Part shown: piece after piece, positions 28,041 through 35,687 of the stretch
Numbering within the stretch: position 1 is the stretch's first letter
How the letters are laid out: each line of letters starts with the position of its first letter
Assembly (NCBI GenBank): GCA_963799285.1
Contig: CAWCWK010000004.1
Coordinates: 270,309-334,308, forward strand
Length of the DNA stretch: 64,000 nt
Direction: 5' to 3'
From: an uncultured Alphaproteobacteria bacterium
Lineage (GTDB): Bacteria > Pseudomonadota > Alphaproteobacteria > Rhizobiales > CAWCWK01
Position numbers and translations under genes: made by a program
The notes under the pieces: model-generated
Seen by the model: the letters and a program-made list of their open reading frames with translations, nothing else
Database searches by the model: none
What the model was told of the DNA's origin: nothing

Positions 28041-29345
28041 CTAGAAGGACTGGGTCGTGTAGTCCACCTCGTCCGGATAGAGGGTGTCCTCGATCGAGGT
28101 CTGATGGACACGAACCATGCGACCGTTCTCGACACGCGAAATGTTCTGCTTGCCGAAGACCTGGTGGGTCTTGCCGTTGAAGATCTTCGCGCCCTGCGGG
28201 TGATCGTCCGACAGCGGAATGTCGGAGATCGCCTCGACGGCCTCGATGAGGCCCGTGCGATCGTCGGGGCCCTGGTAGCCGGCGGCCTCCATGCCCTGCT
28301 TGATGATCGCCAGCGTCTCCCAGACGCCGAACATGTGGGCGTAGGTCGACACGTCGCGCGGATCGTCGAGCGAGGCGCCGGTATCGTCGACGCCCACCGC
28401 GGCGCGGTAGGCCGCCTCGTGCGCCGTCTGGTCGGCCTGCGCGGCGCGGCACATGCCCTCCCACATGTAGGACCCCTCGAGGAATTCCAGACCGGGGCTC
28501 GACAGATCGACCGCCTCCAGGCTGTCGACGAAGCCGAAGAGGGCCGGGCCCGCGCCGCCGAAGAACTCGCCCATCTCGCGCACGAAGGTCAGGACGGCCG
28601 GACCGACCATGACGTGATAGACGACTTCGGTGTCGCGCGGGATACGCGGGAAATAGCGCGTGAAAGAGGTCTCGGTCGGCGGCACGGCAATCATCTCGAG
28701 CACCTCGCCGCCTTGCGCCTTGATGGCTTCGGAGAAGAAGTCGCGGTGATCGTGGCCGAACGCGAAGTCCGGGTAGATCATCGTGACCTTTTTGCCGACA
28801 TTGTTCGCGACGTAGGGCGCCATCGAGATGACCTGGCTCTTCACGTCCGTGATGCCGGGCTGCAACGTGTAGCGGTTGAGCATGCCGGACGCGACGTGGT
28901 GGCCCTCGGAGACGACGAAATAGGGCATCTTCAGCTCGCCCGCACGCGGCGAGGAGCCAATGACGACGTGGCTGAAGAGGGGGCCGAACACGGCATCGCA
29001 ATTGTGCAGCGTGGCGAAGCGCTCGAGCACCTCGGCGCCGCGGCGCGGATCGGTGCCGTCGTCCTCGGCGATCATCTCGACCTCGCGGCCGTTGATGCCG
29101 CCGGCCTCGTTCATGCGGGCGATGGCAGCGGTGGCGACCCGCTCGTACCAGCGCCCATAGGCCGAGCCGATGCCCGTGCGATGAACCTGGAAACCGAGCC
29201 GGATCGGCCCGCTCGATTGCGCGTGGGCCATGCGGGCCCAGCCCGGCATGAGACCGGTCGTGCCGGCGGCGCCCGCCGCGGCACCAAGCCCGACAAGCGC
29301 GGAGCGGCGCGTCAGGGCGGATTTCGGCGTCTTCGTATCCGTCAT
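28041..29345 (-). CDS. LivK-type (type I periplasmic binding fold) substrate-binding protein with Tat-like signal
   Basis: ATG at 29345 is preceded by GAGGGGAG. The signal is TRRSALVGLGAAAGAAG. PIRLGFQVHRTGIGSAYG...INGREVEMIAEDDGTDP fits the Leu/Ile/Val-binding family pattern. The ligand is unknown. Confidence 0.8.
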   Translation of the reverse strand: MTDTKTPKSALTRRSALVGLGAAAGAAGTTGLMPGWARMAHAQSSGPIRLGFQVHRTGIGSAYGRWYERVATAAIARMNEAGGINGREVEMIAEDDGTDPRRGAEVLERFATLHNCDAVFGPLFSHVVIGSSPRAGELKMPYFVVSEGHHVASGMLNRYTLQPGITDVKSQVISMAPYVANNVGKKVTMIYPDFAFGHDHRDFFSEAIKAQGGEVLEMIAVPPTETSFTRYFPRIPRDTEVVYHVMVGPAVLTFVREMGEFFGGAGPALFGFVDSLEAVDLSSPGLEFLEGSYMWEGMCRAAQADQTAHEAAYRAAVGVDDTGASLDDPRDVSTYAHMFGVWETLAIIKQGMEAAGYQGPDDRTGLIEAVEAISDIPLSDDHPQGAKIFNGKTHQVFGKQNISRVENGRMVRVHQTSIEDTLYPDEVDYTTQSF

Positions 29346-29392
29346 GATGATTCTCCCCTCATGGGCCTTTGCGACCCGCTTTCCTTTATGGA

Positions 29393-29416
29393 ATAGTGTT
29401 CGCATACAAACGATTT
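29393..29416. promoter_or_regulatory. Operator-like site ATAGTGTTCGCATACAAACGATTT upstream of the Liv-type operon
   Basis: It matches the fpr site at 19 of 24 positions (22/27 including the following GTC). It lies 48-71 nt upstream of the binding-protein start. Confidence 0.5.
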
Positions 29417-29427
29417 GTCCAGCCTCT

Positions 29428-30840
29428 TTAGGCGCCACGCGGCGCGGCCAAGAGCCAGAGGCCAAAAAGCGTGTAGCAAATCATGAAGCCAGCGAGCGGT
29501 ATCTGAGACACGACGGCCCGTTCGCGATCACCGGCGAGGCGCAGCGCGACGTGGTGCGAGACGAGGACGGACAGCACGTGGCCGCCCACGACGAGCGCCG
29601 CTTGGGTCAGCCAGATTGCGCGCACGCTGTCGGCCGTGTTGAGAAAGCCGGTCGTCACCCGCGTTTCGCCAAGGCCGAAGAGGTTGGCACCCGTCGCGAG
29701 CGGATCGCCGATCGCGGCCAGGAGATACTGGCCGTCGACGAGGAAAGCGACGAGGAAATGCGAGGTGTGATAGCCGACCGCGATTGGCAGGACCGCCGGA
29801 GCGAGACCGCGAAAGAGGGATACGAAGCCGATATGCTCGGCGGGCGGCCGCCCCCGATCGGCCAGCCGCGCGCCCAGCCAGACGATGCCGGCGAAGGCGA
29901 GCGGCACGAGAATGCAGGCAGCGGCCAGTCCCCATAGCGACGACGCCAGTACGGCGCTACGGCCGGGAAATTCGAGCGGGTTCACGTCGATCCGCGCCAA
30001 CCACCAGAACGTCTCCTTCAACCCGTCAAAGCTGCCGCCGGCGAGGATGACGAGGGCGAAAACGCCAGCGCTCGCCGGCATCAGATCGTCGCGCGTCAGC
30101 CCCCAGCCCGGGCAGCCGATGGCGGGGCGTGGCGCGGGGTGGATGATCGCCGTCCGACCGAGAAGCGCGAAGAGGACCGAGAAGGCCTCGACCTGCGACA
30201 GCCAGGCCCGATCGCCGACGAGCGCCATGCCGGCGAAGGTGAAGAGGGCGTAGGCGAGCACTATCATCGCCAGCCGATCGGGATCGGCGGGTGCCGGATC
30301 GGCGATGTGGAAGGCCGAAAAGGCGATGAAGACGAGAAGCGCCGGCCAGACCCCTACACACGCCGGCATCGATAAAGGCGGCGCGCCGGCCAGCCTCAGG
30401 ATCGCCAGCCGATAAGGCCCGACCCAGGGGTTGATGAAGACCCAGGCGTTGCCAAAGAGGCCGACCACCGAGAAGAAGATGATCCAGAAGCCCGTCCAGA
30501 ACACAAGCGGCAGCGCGTTCGTCAAGGGATCGCGCGGGCCGGTGATGCCGGCCCAGACGAGGAAGACCCAGAAGGCGAAGGCCAGCAGGCTCGTTGCCGT
30601 CGTCAGGGCTCGGGGCGATGTCGGGACGGGAAGCGTTGCGGCCGCGAAGAGTTGCGTCGTCGCGTGCGTCGGCGCGGCCGAGATGAGCAGGATCGAGGCC
30701 AGCACCGAGAGGCAACCGCCGACGATGTAGTGCCCCGTCGGCAAGAGCAGCACGAAGGCCTGCTCGGAGACATGTGCCGCCGCCGGCGCGGCCAGTAATC
30801 CCATGCCTAGGATTGCGAGCGCTATCCCCCATACGCGCAT
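29428..30840 (-). CDS. Polytopic inner-membrane protein of unknown function with cleavable-looking signal peptide
   Basis: ATG at 30840 is preceded by AAGGAG (7-nt spacer). The N-terminus is MRVWGIALAILGMGLLAAPAAA/HVSEQAFVLLLPTGHY. About 12 hydrophobic segments follow. I do not recognise a family. Confidence 0.6.
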   Translation of the reverse strand: MRVWGIALAILGMGLLAAPAAAHVSEQAFVLLLPTGHYIVGGCLSVLASILLISAAPTHATTQLFAAATLPVPTSPRALTTATSLLAFAFWVFLVWAGITGPRDPLTNALPLVFWTGFWIIFFSVVGLFGNAWVFINPWVGPYRLAILRLAGAPPLSMPACVGVWPALLVFIAFSAFHIADPAPADPDRLAMIVLAYALFTFAGMALVGDRAWLSQVEAFSVLFALLGRTAIIHPAPRPAIGCPGWGLTRDDLMPASAGVFALVILAGGSFDGLKETFWWLARIDVNPLEFPGRSAVLASSLWGLAAACILVPLAFAGIVWLGARLADRGRPPAEHIGFVSLFRGLAPAVLPIAVGYHTSHFLVAFLVDGQYLLAAIGDPLATGANLFGLGETRVTTGFLNTADSVRAIWLTQAALVVGGHVLSVLVSHHVALRLAGDRERAVVSQIPLAGFMICYTLFGLWLLAAPRGA

Positions 30841-30922
30841 CGCCGCGCTCCTTCGCTGGAACCGTCCCCAAATCATGTTAGTGTGCTAGCGATCTTTTGA
30901 GAAGCGAAGAGGCCGACCACCG

Positions 30923-31705
30923 ATGCTCCGCTCCTTCCTGTTCGTCGCGCTCTGCCTCGTCGCCGGGCTTCTGGCCTGGCAGTTCCTTGCCGCGGAGGAA
31001 GAGCCGGTGGCGCTCGGCAATGCGCGGGCCGAGGTCGCGATGACGGGCGATGCGCTGCACGTCTTTGTCGATGTGACGAACCCGGCCGGGCCGGACCGCC
31101 TCGTGGGCGCGTCCTCCCCCGAAGCCCGTTCGGCCGTCATCGTCTCGCGGGCCGGCACGGAAGCGTTGCCGATTCCGGCCGGAAGCACCCCCCAGCTGTC
31201 TGCCGATGGCGCCTATCTGCGGCTGGAAGGCGTAGAGGGCGCTTTGGAGGAGGGGCGGCTGGTGCCGATCGCACTTACCTTCGAGCGCTCAGGCACGCTC
31301 TCTACCCAGGCCCTTGTCGGCGCACCGGCCGATCCGCATGCCATGCTCCGCGCGATGGGCATGATGACGGCGATGGTTGGCCCGCCGCTCGCGGACGTTC
31401 CGCCGACGCTCGCGATCGTCGTCACACCGGCCGAAGACGGTGGCTGGGCGGTCGCGCTGACGACCGGAAATTTCGTTTTCGACCCCGAAGTCGAGAAGCC
31501 CGCGCACGTCGCCGGTCACGGGCATGGCCATCTCTACCTCGACGGCTTGAAGCTCCAGCGCCTCTACGGCGCGACCGCCCGCATCGGTGCGCTGGCGCCG
31601 GGCGACTATACGGTGCTGGTCTCGCTCAATACCAATACGCACGAGGTCTATCTGGGATCGGACGGGCCGGTCATGGCCGAGGCCACGATCACCGTACGCG
31701 ACTAA
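30923..31705 (+). CDS. Periplasmic two-domain protein: PCu(A)C/DUF461-like N-domain plus His-rich C-domain
   Basis: It has a signal anchor (MLRSFLFVALCLVAGLLAW). ALHVFVDVTNPAGPDRLVGASSP...IPAGSTPQLSADGAYLRLEGV..ALEEGRLVPIALTFERSG resembles the PCuAC fold pattern. The C-domain carries HVAGHGHGHLYLDG. Confidence 0.5.
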   Translation: MLRSFLFVALCLVAGLLAWQFLAAEEEPVALGNARAEVAMTGDALHVFVDVTNPAGPDRLVGASSPEARSAVIVSRAGTEALPIPAGSTPQLSADGAYLRLEGVEGALEEGRLVPIALTFERSGTLSTQALVGAPADPHAMLRAMGMMTAMVGPPLADVPPTLAIVVTPAEDGGWAVALTTGNFVFDPEVEKPAHVAGHGHGHLYLDGLKLQRLYGATARIGALAPGDYTVLVSLNTNTHEVYLGSDGPVMAEATITVRD

Positions 31706-32031
31706 GGCGCCGGCTCGAAGACGTGCGCCACCTCGTAGAGAACGGGGGCGAAGCTCTTGCTCATTTCGGTCAGACGGCGGTTGACGTCCTGCATCTGATC
31801 CGAGCGCAGGACGGCGAGGAAAGCGTCGCGGCTCCCCCATTGCGAATAGCTGGCCACACGCGTCCTGGCGTCGTTGACGTGGATCGCGGCGCCGACGAAG
31901 CCCGGCTGATGCGTGATGAAGCCCTCGTAGGTCTCCGAGAGCAGCGCCACGATCGGCTCGCACGAGCCGGAGGGAACCTCGTAGGTCAGGATCACCGTCT
32001 GGACGTCGGACGGCTGCGTGATCTGGACCAT
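31702..32031 (-). CDS. Antibiotic-biosynthesis-monooxygenase (ABM, ferredoxin-like fold) domain protein
   Basis: ATG at 32031 is preceded by GGGAGG. The 109-aa sequence is MVQITQPSDVQTVILTYEVPSG...FITHQPGFVGAAIHVNDARTRVASYSQWGSRDAFLAVL. Confidence 0.6.
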   Translation of the reverse strand: MVQITQPSDVQTVILTYEVPSGSCEPIVALLSETYEGFITHQPGFVGAAIHVNDARTRVASYSQWGSRDAFLAVLRSDQMQDVNRRLTEMSKSFAPVLYEVAHVFEPAP

Positions 32032-32124
32032 GGCTCGGCCTCCCTCGTCGGCTCGTATTGGTATGCGTCTTGGCGCGCGTGTCGCCAGCATGCGCCGGGT
32101 TCGGCCGAGCGTCTACCGGAGCCG

Positions 32125-32709
32125 CTAGCGCAGCCCGTCTTTCCCTTCGGCCTCTTCGTGTGTCAGCCCGCCCACGCGTGGCAGCGGTCGACCACTGTCC
32201 GTAACGGCGATGGCGACGAGGATTTCGTTGGGACGCGGCGCATCGTTCAGCCTGATCTCGACGCCGTCGAAATGGGAGCGGACATAGGCCGCATCCTTGT
32301 GGCCGAGCGGAATGTCGATGTCCTGTCCGAGCCCGCCGCGCTTCTTCGACGAAGGCACGAGGGCCGCGCCCTTCTCGACCGCCTTGCGGAGCGGCGCTCC
32401 CATCTTCGGGTGCAGAAGGGCCGCGGCATGCTCCAGTTCGCCATTCTCTCCGACCATGGCGGCCTTGCCGTAGCTCTCCGCCTCCTCCGGACTGATACCA
32501 AGCGCTGCGACGGCGCGTTCCCCGAGAAGGCCGCCGAGCTCGGCGCCGATCTCCATGAGTTCGCTCAGGTCCTCGACATAGGTGCCCGCAAACGGGTTCT
32601 CGATGACGGCGGCGGCGATGACCTTGCGGGTGGGCGGCGAGATGGTCCGTCCGCCCTCCTTCCGGGTCTCCTCGACCCAGGTCACGAGCTTTCTGATAGC
32701 GGCGCTCAT
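32125..32709 (-). CDS. Amino-acid-synthesis family protein (AA_synth / DUF1185), paralogue B
   Basis: ENPFAGTYVEDLSELMEIGAELGGLL...YGKAAMVGENGELEHAAALLHPKMG...VPSSKKRGGLGQDIDIPLGHKDAAYVRSHFDGVEIRLNDAPRPNEILV. The start overlaps the upstream paralogue's stop by 4 nt. Confidence 0.75.
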   Translation of the reverse strand: MSAAIRKLVTWVEETRKEGGRTISPPTRKVIAAAVIENPFAGTYVEDLSELMEIGAELGGLLGERAVAALGISPEEAESYGKAAMVGENGELEHAAALLHPKMGAPLRKAVEKGAALVPSSKKRGGLGQDIDIPLGHKDAAYVRSHFDGVEIRLNDAPRPNEILVAIAVTDSGRPLPRVGGLTHEEAEGKDGLR

Positions 32710-33287
32710 TTCAGACCGTCCTCTCCTTTGATGTCAGCGGCTTCGAGGCCGCCGGAGCGCGAGTGGACGCGCGGACCCGTCGTCATGACGAGCGCGACCA
32801 GCATCTCGTCGGCGCGGGGCGCGTCGTTGAGGCCAATCTCCATCGAATCGAAATGGCTGCGCACGTAGGACGCGTTGACATGCGTGATCGGCACGTCGAT
32901 GCGGGCGCCCATGCCGCCGACCTTCTTGGCAGACGGCACGATGGCCTTCGAGCCGCCGATCACTTCGCGCATGGCGTAGCCGCCCGGCGCGTGCCAGAGC
33001 GCGCCGTGCTCCAGCTCGCCCGCCGCACCGACCAGCGAGGCCTTGCCATAGCCCTCGATTTTGTCCGCCCCGCCAAGCGCGGCGACGAGCTGCTTGGCGA
33101 GCTCCAGGCCGAGCGGGCGCAGATCATCGATGAAGCCCTGAATGTCCGGCTCGTAGCGCCCCGCGAACGGGTTGGCGATGACGGCAAAGGCCGCGCCGCG
33201 AAGCAGTGGGGTGGCCGGTGCCGGCCCTCCCTCATGGAAGATCTCCTCCACGGTGACGACGCGTTTTCGAATCTCGGGGGCAGGCAT
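32706..33287 (-). CDS. Amino-acid-synthesis family protein (AA_synth / DUF1185), paralogue A
   Basis: ANPFAGRYEPDIQGFIDDLRPLGLELA...YGKASLVGAAGELEHGALWHAPGG...VPSAKKVGGMGARIDVPITHVNASYVRSHFDSMEIGLNDAPRADEMLV. Confidence 0.75.
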   Translation of the reverse strand: MPAPEIRKRVVTVEEIFHEGGPAPATPLLRGAAFAVIANPFAGRYEPDIQGFIDDLRPLGLELAKQLVAALGGADKIEGYGKASLVGAAGELEHGALWHAPGGYAMREVIGGSKAIVPSAKKVGGMGARIDVPITHVNASYVRSHFDSMEIGLNDAPRADEMLVALVMTTGPRVHSRSGGLEAADIKGEDGLK

Positions 33288-34186
33288 CAGGCGATCTCCA
33301 GTCTGGTCTCACGGGCGGCGAGAAGCGGCCCGGCATGGGCGCTCTCGCCTTGAAGGAAGAGGGCGGCGGCGAGGATCTGCCTTTGCGCAACCATTCGCGC
33401 CGCGCGGCGCCGTCCGGCCTCGAGGGCTGCGCGCTTGTCGGCTTTGGCGAGCGGCGGCACCCGCGTCACGACGAGCCGGTCGCCGAGATCGCTATCGGGA
33501 TGCAGCGTCTCGGCCGGTGCGCGCGAGATGCCGGGATGGTCCGGCAGGTCGACGGCATTGGCGATCAGCGTCGCGGCGACGTCGGCCTCGGCCGCGCAGC
33601 GCGCGAGAACGGTCACGCTCGTCGCGATACCGAGTGAGAGGCTGCGCCCCCCTGACCCGCTCGTCGCGATGCCGCCAATGCCGGCATGGGCGTCGATCGT
33701 GATGCGGCCGAGATCGGAGCCCTCCACACCTGCCATCGCGATCGCATAGGTCGCATCGCCAGCGAGATGCAGCGCGATGTCGCCGCCATTGTTGACATAG
33801 GCCCGGCGCGGAGCGGTCACGGCCAGGATTGCCGCCAGGACCTCGTCGGAGACGGAGCCCGCCACCGCGATCATCGGCGTGAGGAACGCCGTCCCGCAGA
33901 AGGGCCGCGCTGCGCGATACATCCGACATGCGGTCGGATCGGCGGGGTCTGGCGTATCCCCGCGTAGCGGCATGCGGTGGGTCGGCAACTCGGAGACGAG
34001 TCCGTTCAAAATGCTATCGAAGCGCGTCGCGGCGGCCTCGAATGCCGCATTCCGCTCGACGTCATTCCTCGCATCGACGCCGACGATCAGATCGATCGGC
34101 CCGTGCTGGAGATGCAGGCGCCGTCCGCCGTCGAGAAGTACCGCCGCCGGCCCCTGCATCGGGGTCTGGGCTCCAGCCTTACGCAC
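33287..34186 (-). CDS. UPF0280-family protein (ApbE-like superfamily)
   Basis: LLDGGRRLHLQHGPIDLIVGV...GTAFLTPMIAVAGSVSDEVL...GIGGIATSGSGGRSLSLGIATSVTVLA. It overlaps the upstream reductase-like gene by 8 nt. An alternative start is ATG 34159. Confidence 0.65.
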   Translation of the reverse strand: MRKAGAQTPMQGPAAVLLDGGRRLHLQHGPIDLIVGVDARNDVERNAAFEAAATRFDSILNGLVSELPTHRMPLRGDTPDPADPTACRMYRAARPFCGTAFLTPMIAVAGSVSDEVLAAILAVTAPRRAYVNNGGDIALHLAGDATYAIAMAGVEGSDLGRITIDAHAGIGGIATSGSGGRSLSLGIATSVTVLARCAAEADVAATLIANAVDLPDHPGISRAPAETLHPDSDLGDRLVVTRVPPLAKADKRAALEAGRRRAARMVAQRQILAAALFLQGESAHAGPLLAARETRLEIA

Positions 34187-35687
34187 TCGCCTTCCAGCGA
34201 TAGTTGTGCTGAGCCGTCGGGTTGGCGTCGGGGTCGATCCGGTCGACCCGGCGCACGTCGGCGGGAATGATCTCCTCGATCGGCTTCACATGTTCGATAT
34301 GTCCGCCGAGCGCCACGTAGTCCGAGCGCCGCATGGTGAACTCGATCGGCGCGACGAGGGCCGGCGTCGGCACGTAGCCAAAGGCGTTGGACGGCATGTC
34401 CATCACGTCCGCCATGACGGTGATGCCGCCGCCCGGCCAGACATAGGCGTTGGCCCCGCCGCAGGAGACGTGCGTCAGCGAATCCTTGACCGACCTGGTG
34501 AGCTTGACCGGGTTCTCGGTCACGCCGGCGCGCAGCGAGCCGCCGGCTCCGCCCATGAAGAGCACCGAGCAGAGCGAGGGCTCGCAATTCTCAGCGATCC
34601 GCTCGACGGAGACCTGAAGCGTTTCCGGCAAAGGCATCGGCTGCGGCTCGAGGTTCTCATCGAGTTCGAAATAGGCGTATTGCTCGCCGGTCGTCGAGAC
34701 CATCAGCAGGCGCAGGCCTTGCCAGGCGACCTCGGGATCGGCCGGTTTCAGGATCGTCAGCGGATCGTCGACATCGGTCCCGCCCCAGCCGGTGCCGGGC
34801 TCGGCGACCTGGAAGTAGCGGCCAGGCGTCGAGCGACGCCCCTTCACGCGGATGCCGGTGGGGGGCACGTTCAGCATCTTCCCGGCCTGATGCTCGGAGA
34901 GGACGCCGGTGATGTGATCATCGACCACGATGACCTCGTCGACATGCTGGGCCCATTGCGAGGCGAACATGCCGATGGTGGCCGAGCCGCAGCCGACGCG
35001 CATCAGCTTCTCCTCGACACCGTTGACGATCGGCGCCTTGCCCGCCTGGACGACGAGGGACGCGCCCCCGTCTATTGTCAGCTCGACCGCCTCGCGATTG
35101 CAGAGCTTGAGGAGCGTGTCGCAGGTCACGCGCCCTTCCTTCTTGCTGCCGCCCGTCAAGTGCTCGACGCCGCCGAGGGAGAGCATCTTCGATCCGTACT
35201 CGCCCGTCATCACGTGACCCACCGGCTCGCCATCGACGCGCACGATCTCGCGCTCGTGGCCGATGAAACGGTCGGTGTCGATCTTCACCTTCACGCCGCA
35301 ATAGCTGAAGATGCCCTCGGTCACCACCGTGACCATGTCGGCGTCGCCGACCGTCTGGGAGACGATGAAGGGCGCCGGCTTGTAGTCCGGATAGGTCGTG
35401 CCGGCGCCGATCGCAGTCACGAAGGGCCGGCTGCCCTGCAGGATGTCGCCGTCCCAGTCGCTGCCGTCGGTCCCCTTCATGAAGGGCACGGCCCTCGCGC
35501 CGCTCTCGCGGGAATTCTCGATGATCGTCAGCGGGTCGAGCCGCACCAGCCGTCCCTCCCGGTTGCCATAGCGGTCGCAGGCGCCAGACCGGCCTTCCGC
35601 GATGTAGCAAAGGACCGGGCAGGCGTCGCAGCGGATCTTCCCAGGTGTGGCGACCTTGTCGGCGGCCGGGCTTGTCGTGTCAGACAT
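34179..35687 (-). CDS. hnr: 6-hydroxynicotinate reductase-like iron-sulfur (flavo)protein
   Basis: It is 502 aa with an N-terminal Cys cluster, KIRCDACPVLCYIAEGRSGACDRYGN. I recognise it as the proteobacterial family carried in databases under this name. Context: it sits between a Mo-hydroxylase and UPF0280/AA_synth genes, opposite an enamidase. Confidence 0.65.
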   Translation of the reverse strand: MSDTTSPAADKVATPGKIRCDACPVLCYIAEGRSGACDRYGNREGRLVRLDPLTIIENSRESGARAVPFMKGTDGSDWDGDILQGSRPFVTAIGAGTTYPDYKPAPFIVSQTVGDADMVTVVTEGIFSYCGVKVKIDTDRFIGHEREIVRVDGEPVGHVMTGEYGSKMLSLGGVEHLTGGSKKEGRVTCDTLLKLCNREAVELTIDGGASLVVQAGKAPIVNGVEEKLMRVGCGSATIGMFASQWAQHVDEVIVVDDHITGVLSEHQAGKMLNVPPTGIRVKGRRSTPGRYFQVAEPGTGWGGTDVDDPLTILKPADPEVAWQGLRLLMVSTTGEQYAYFELDENLEPQPMPLPETLQVSVERIAENCEPSLCSVLFMGGAGGSLRAGVTENPVKLTRSVKDSLTHVSCGGANAYVWPGGGITVMADVMDMPSNAFGYVPTPALVAPIEFTMRRSDYVALGGHIEHVKPIEEIIPADVRRVDRIDPDANPTAQHNYRWKASA

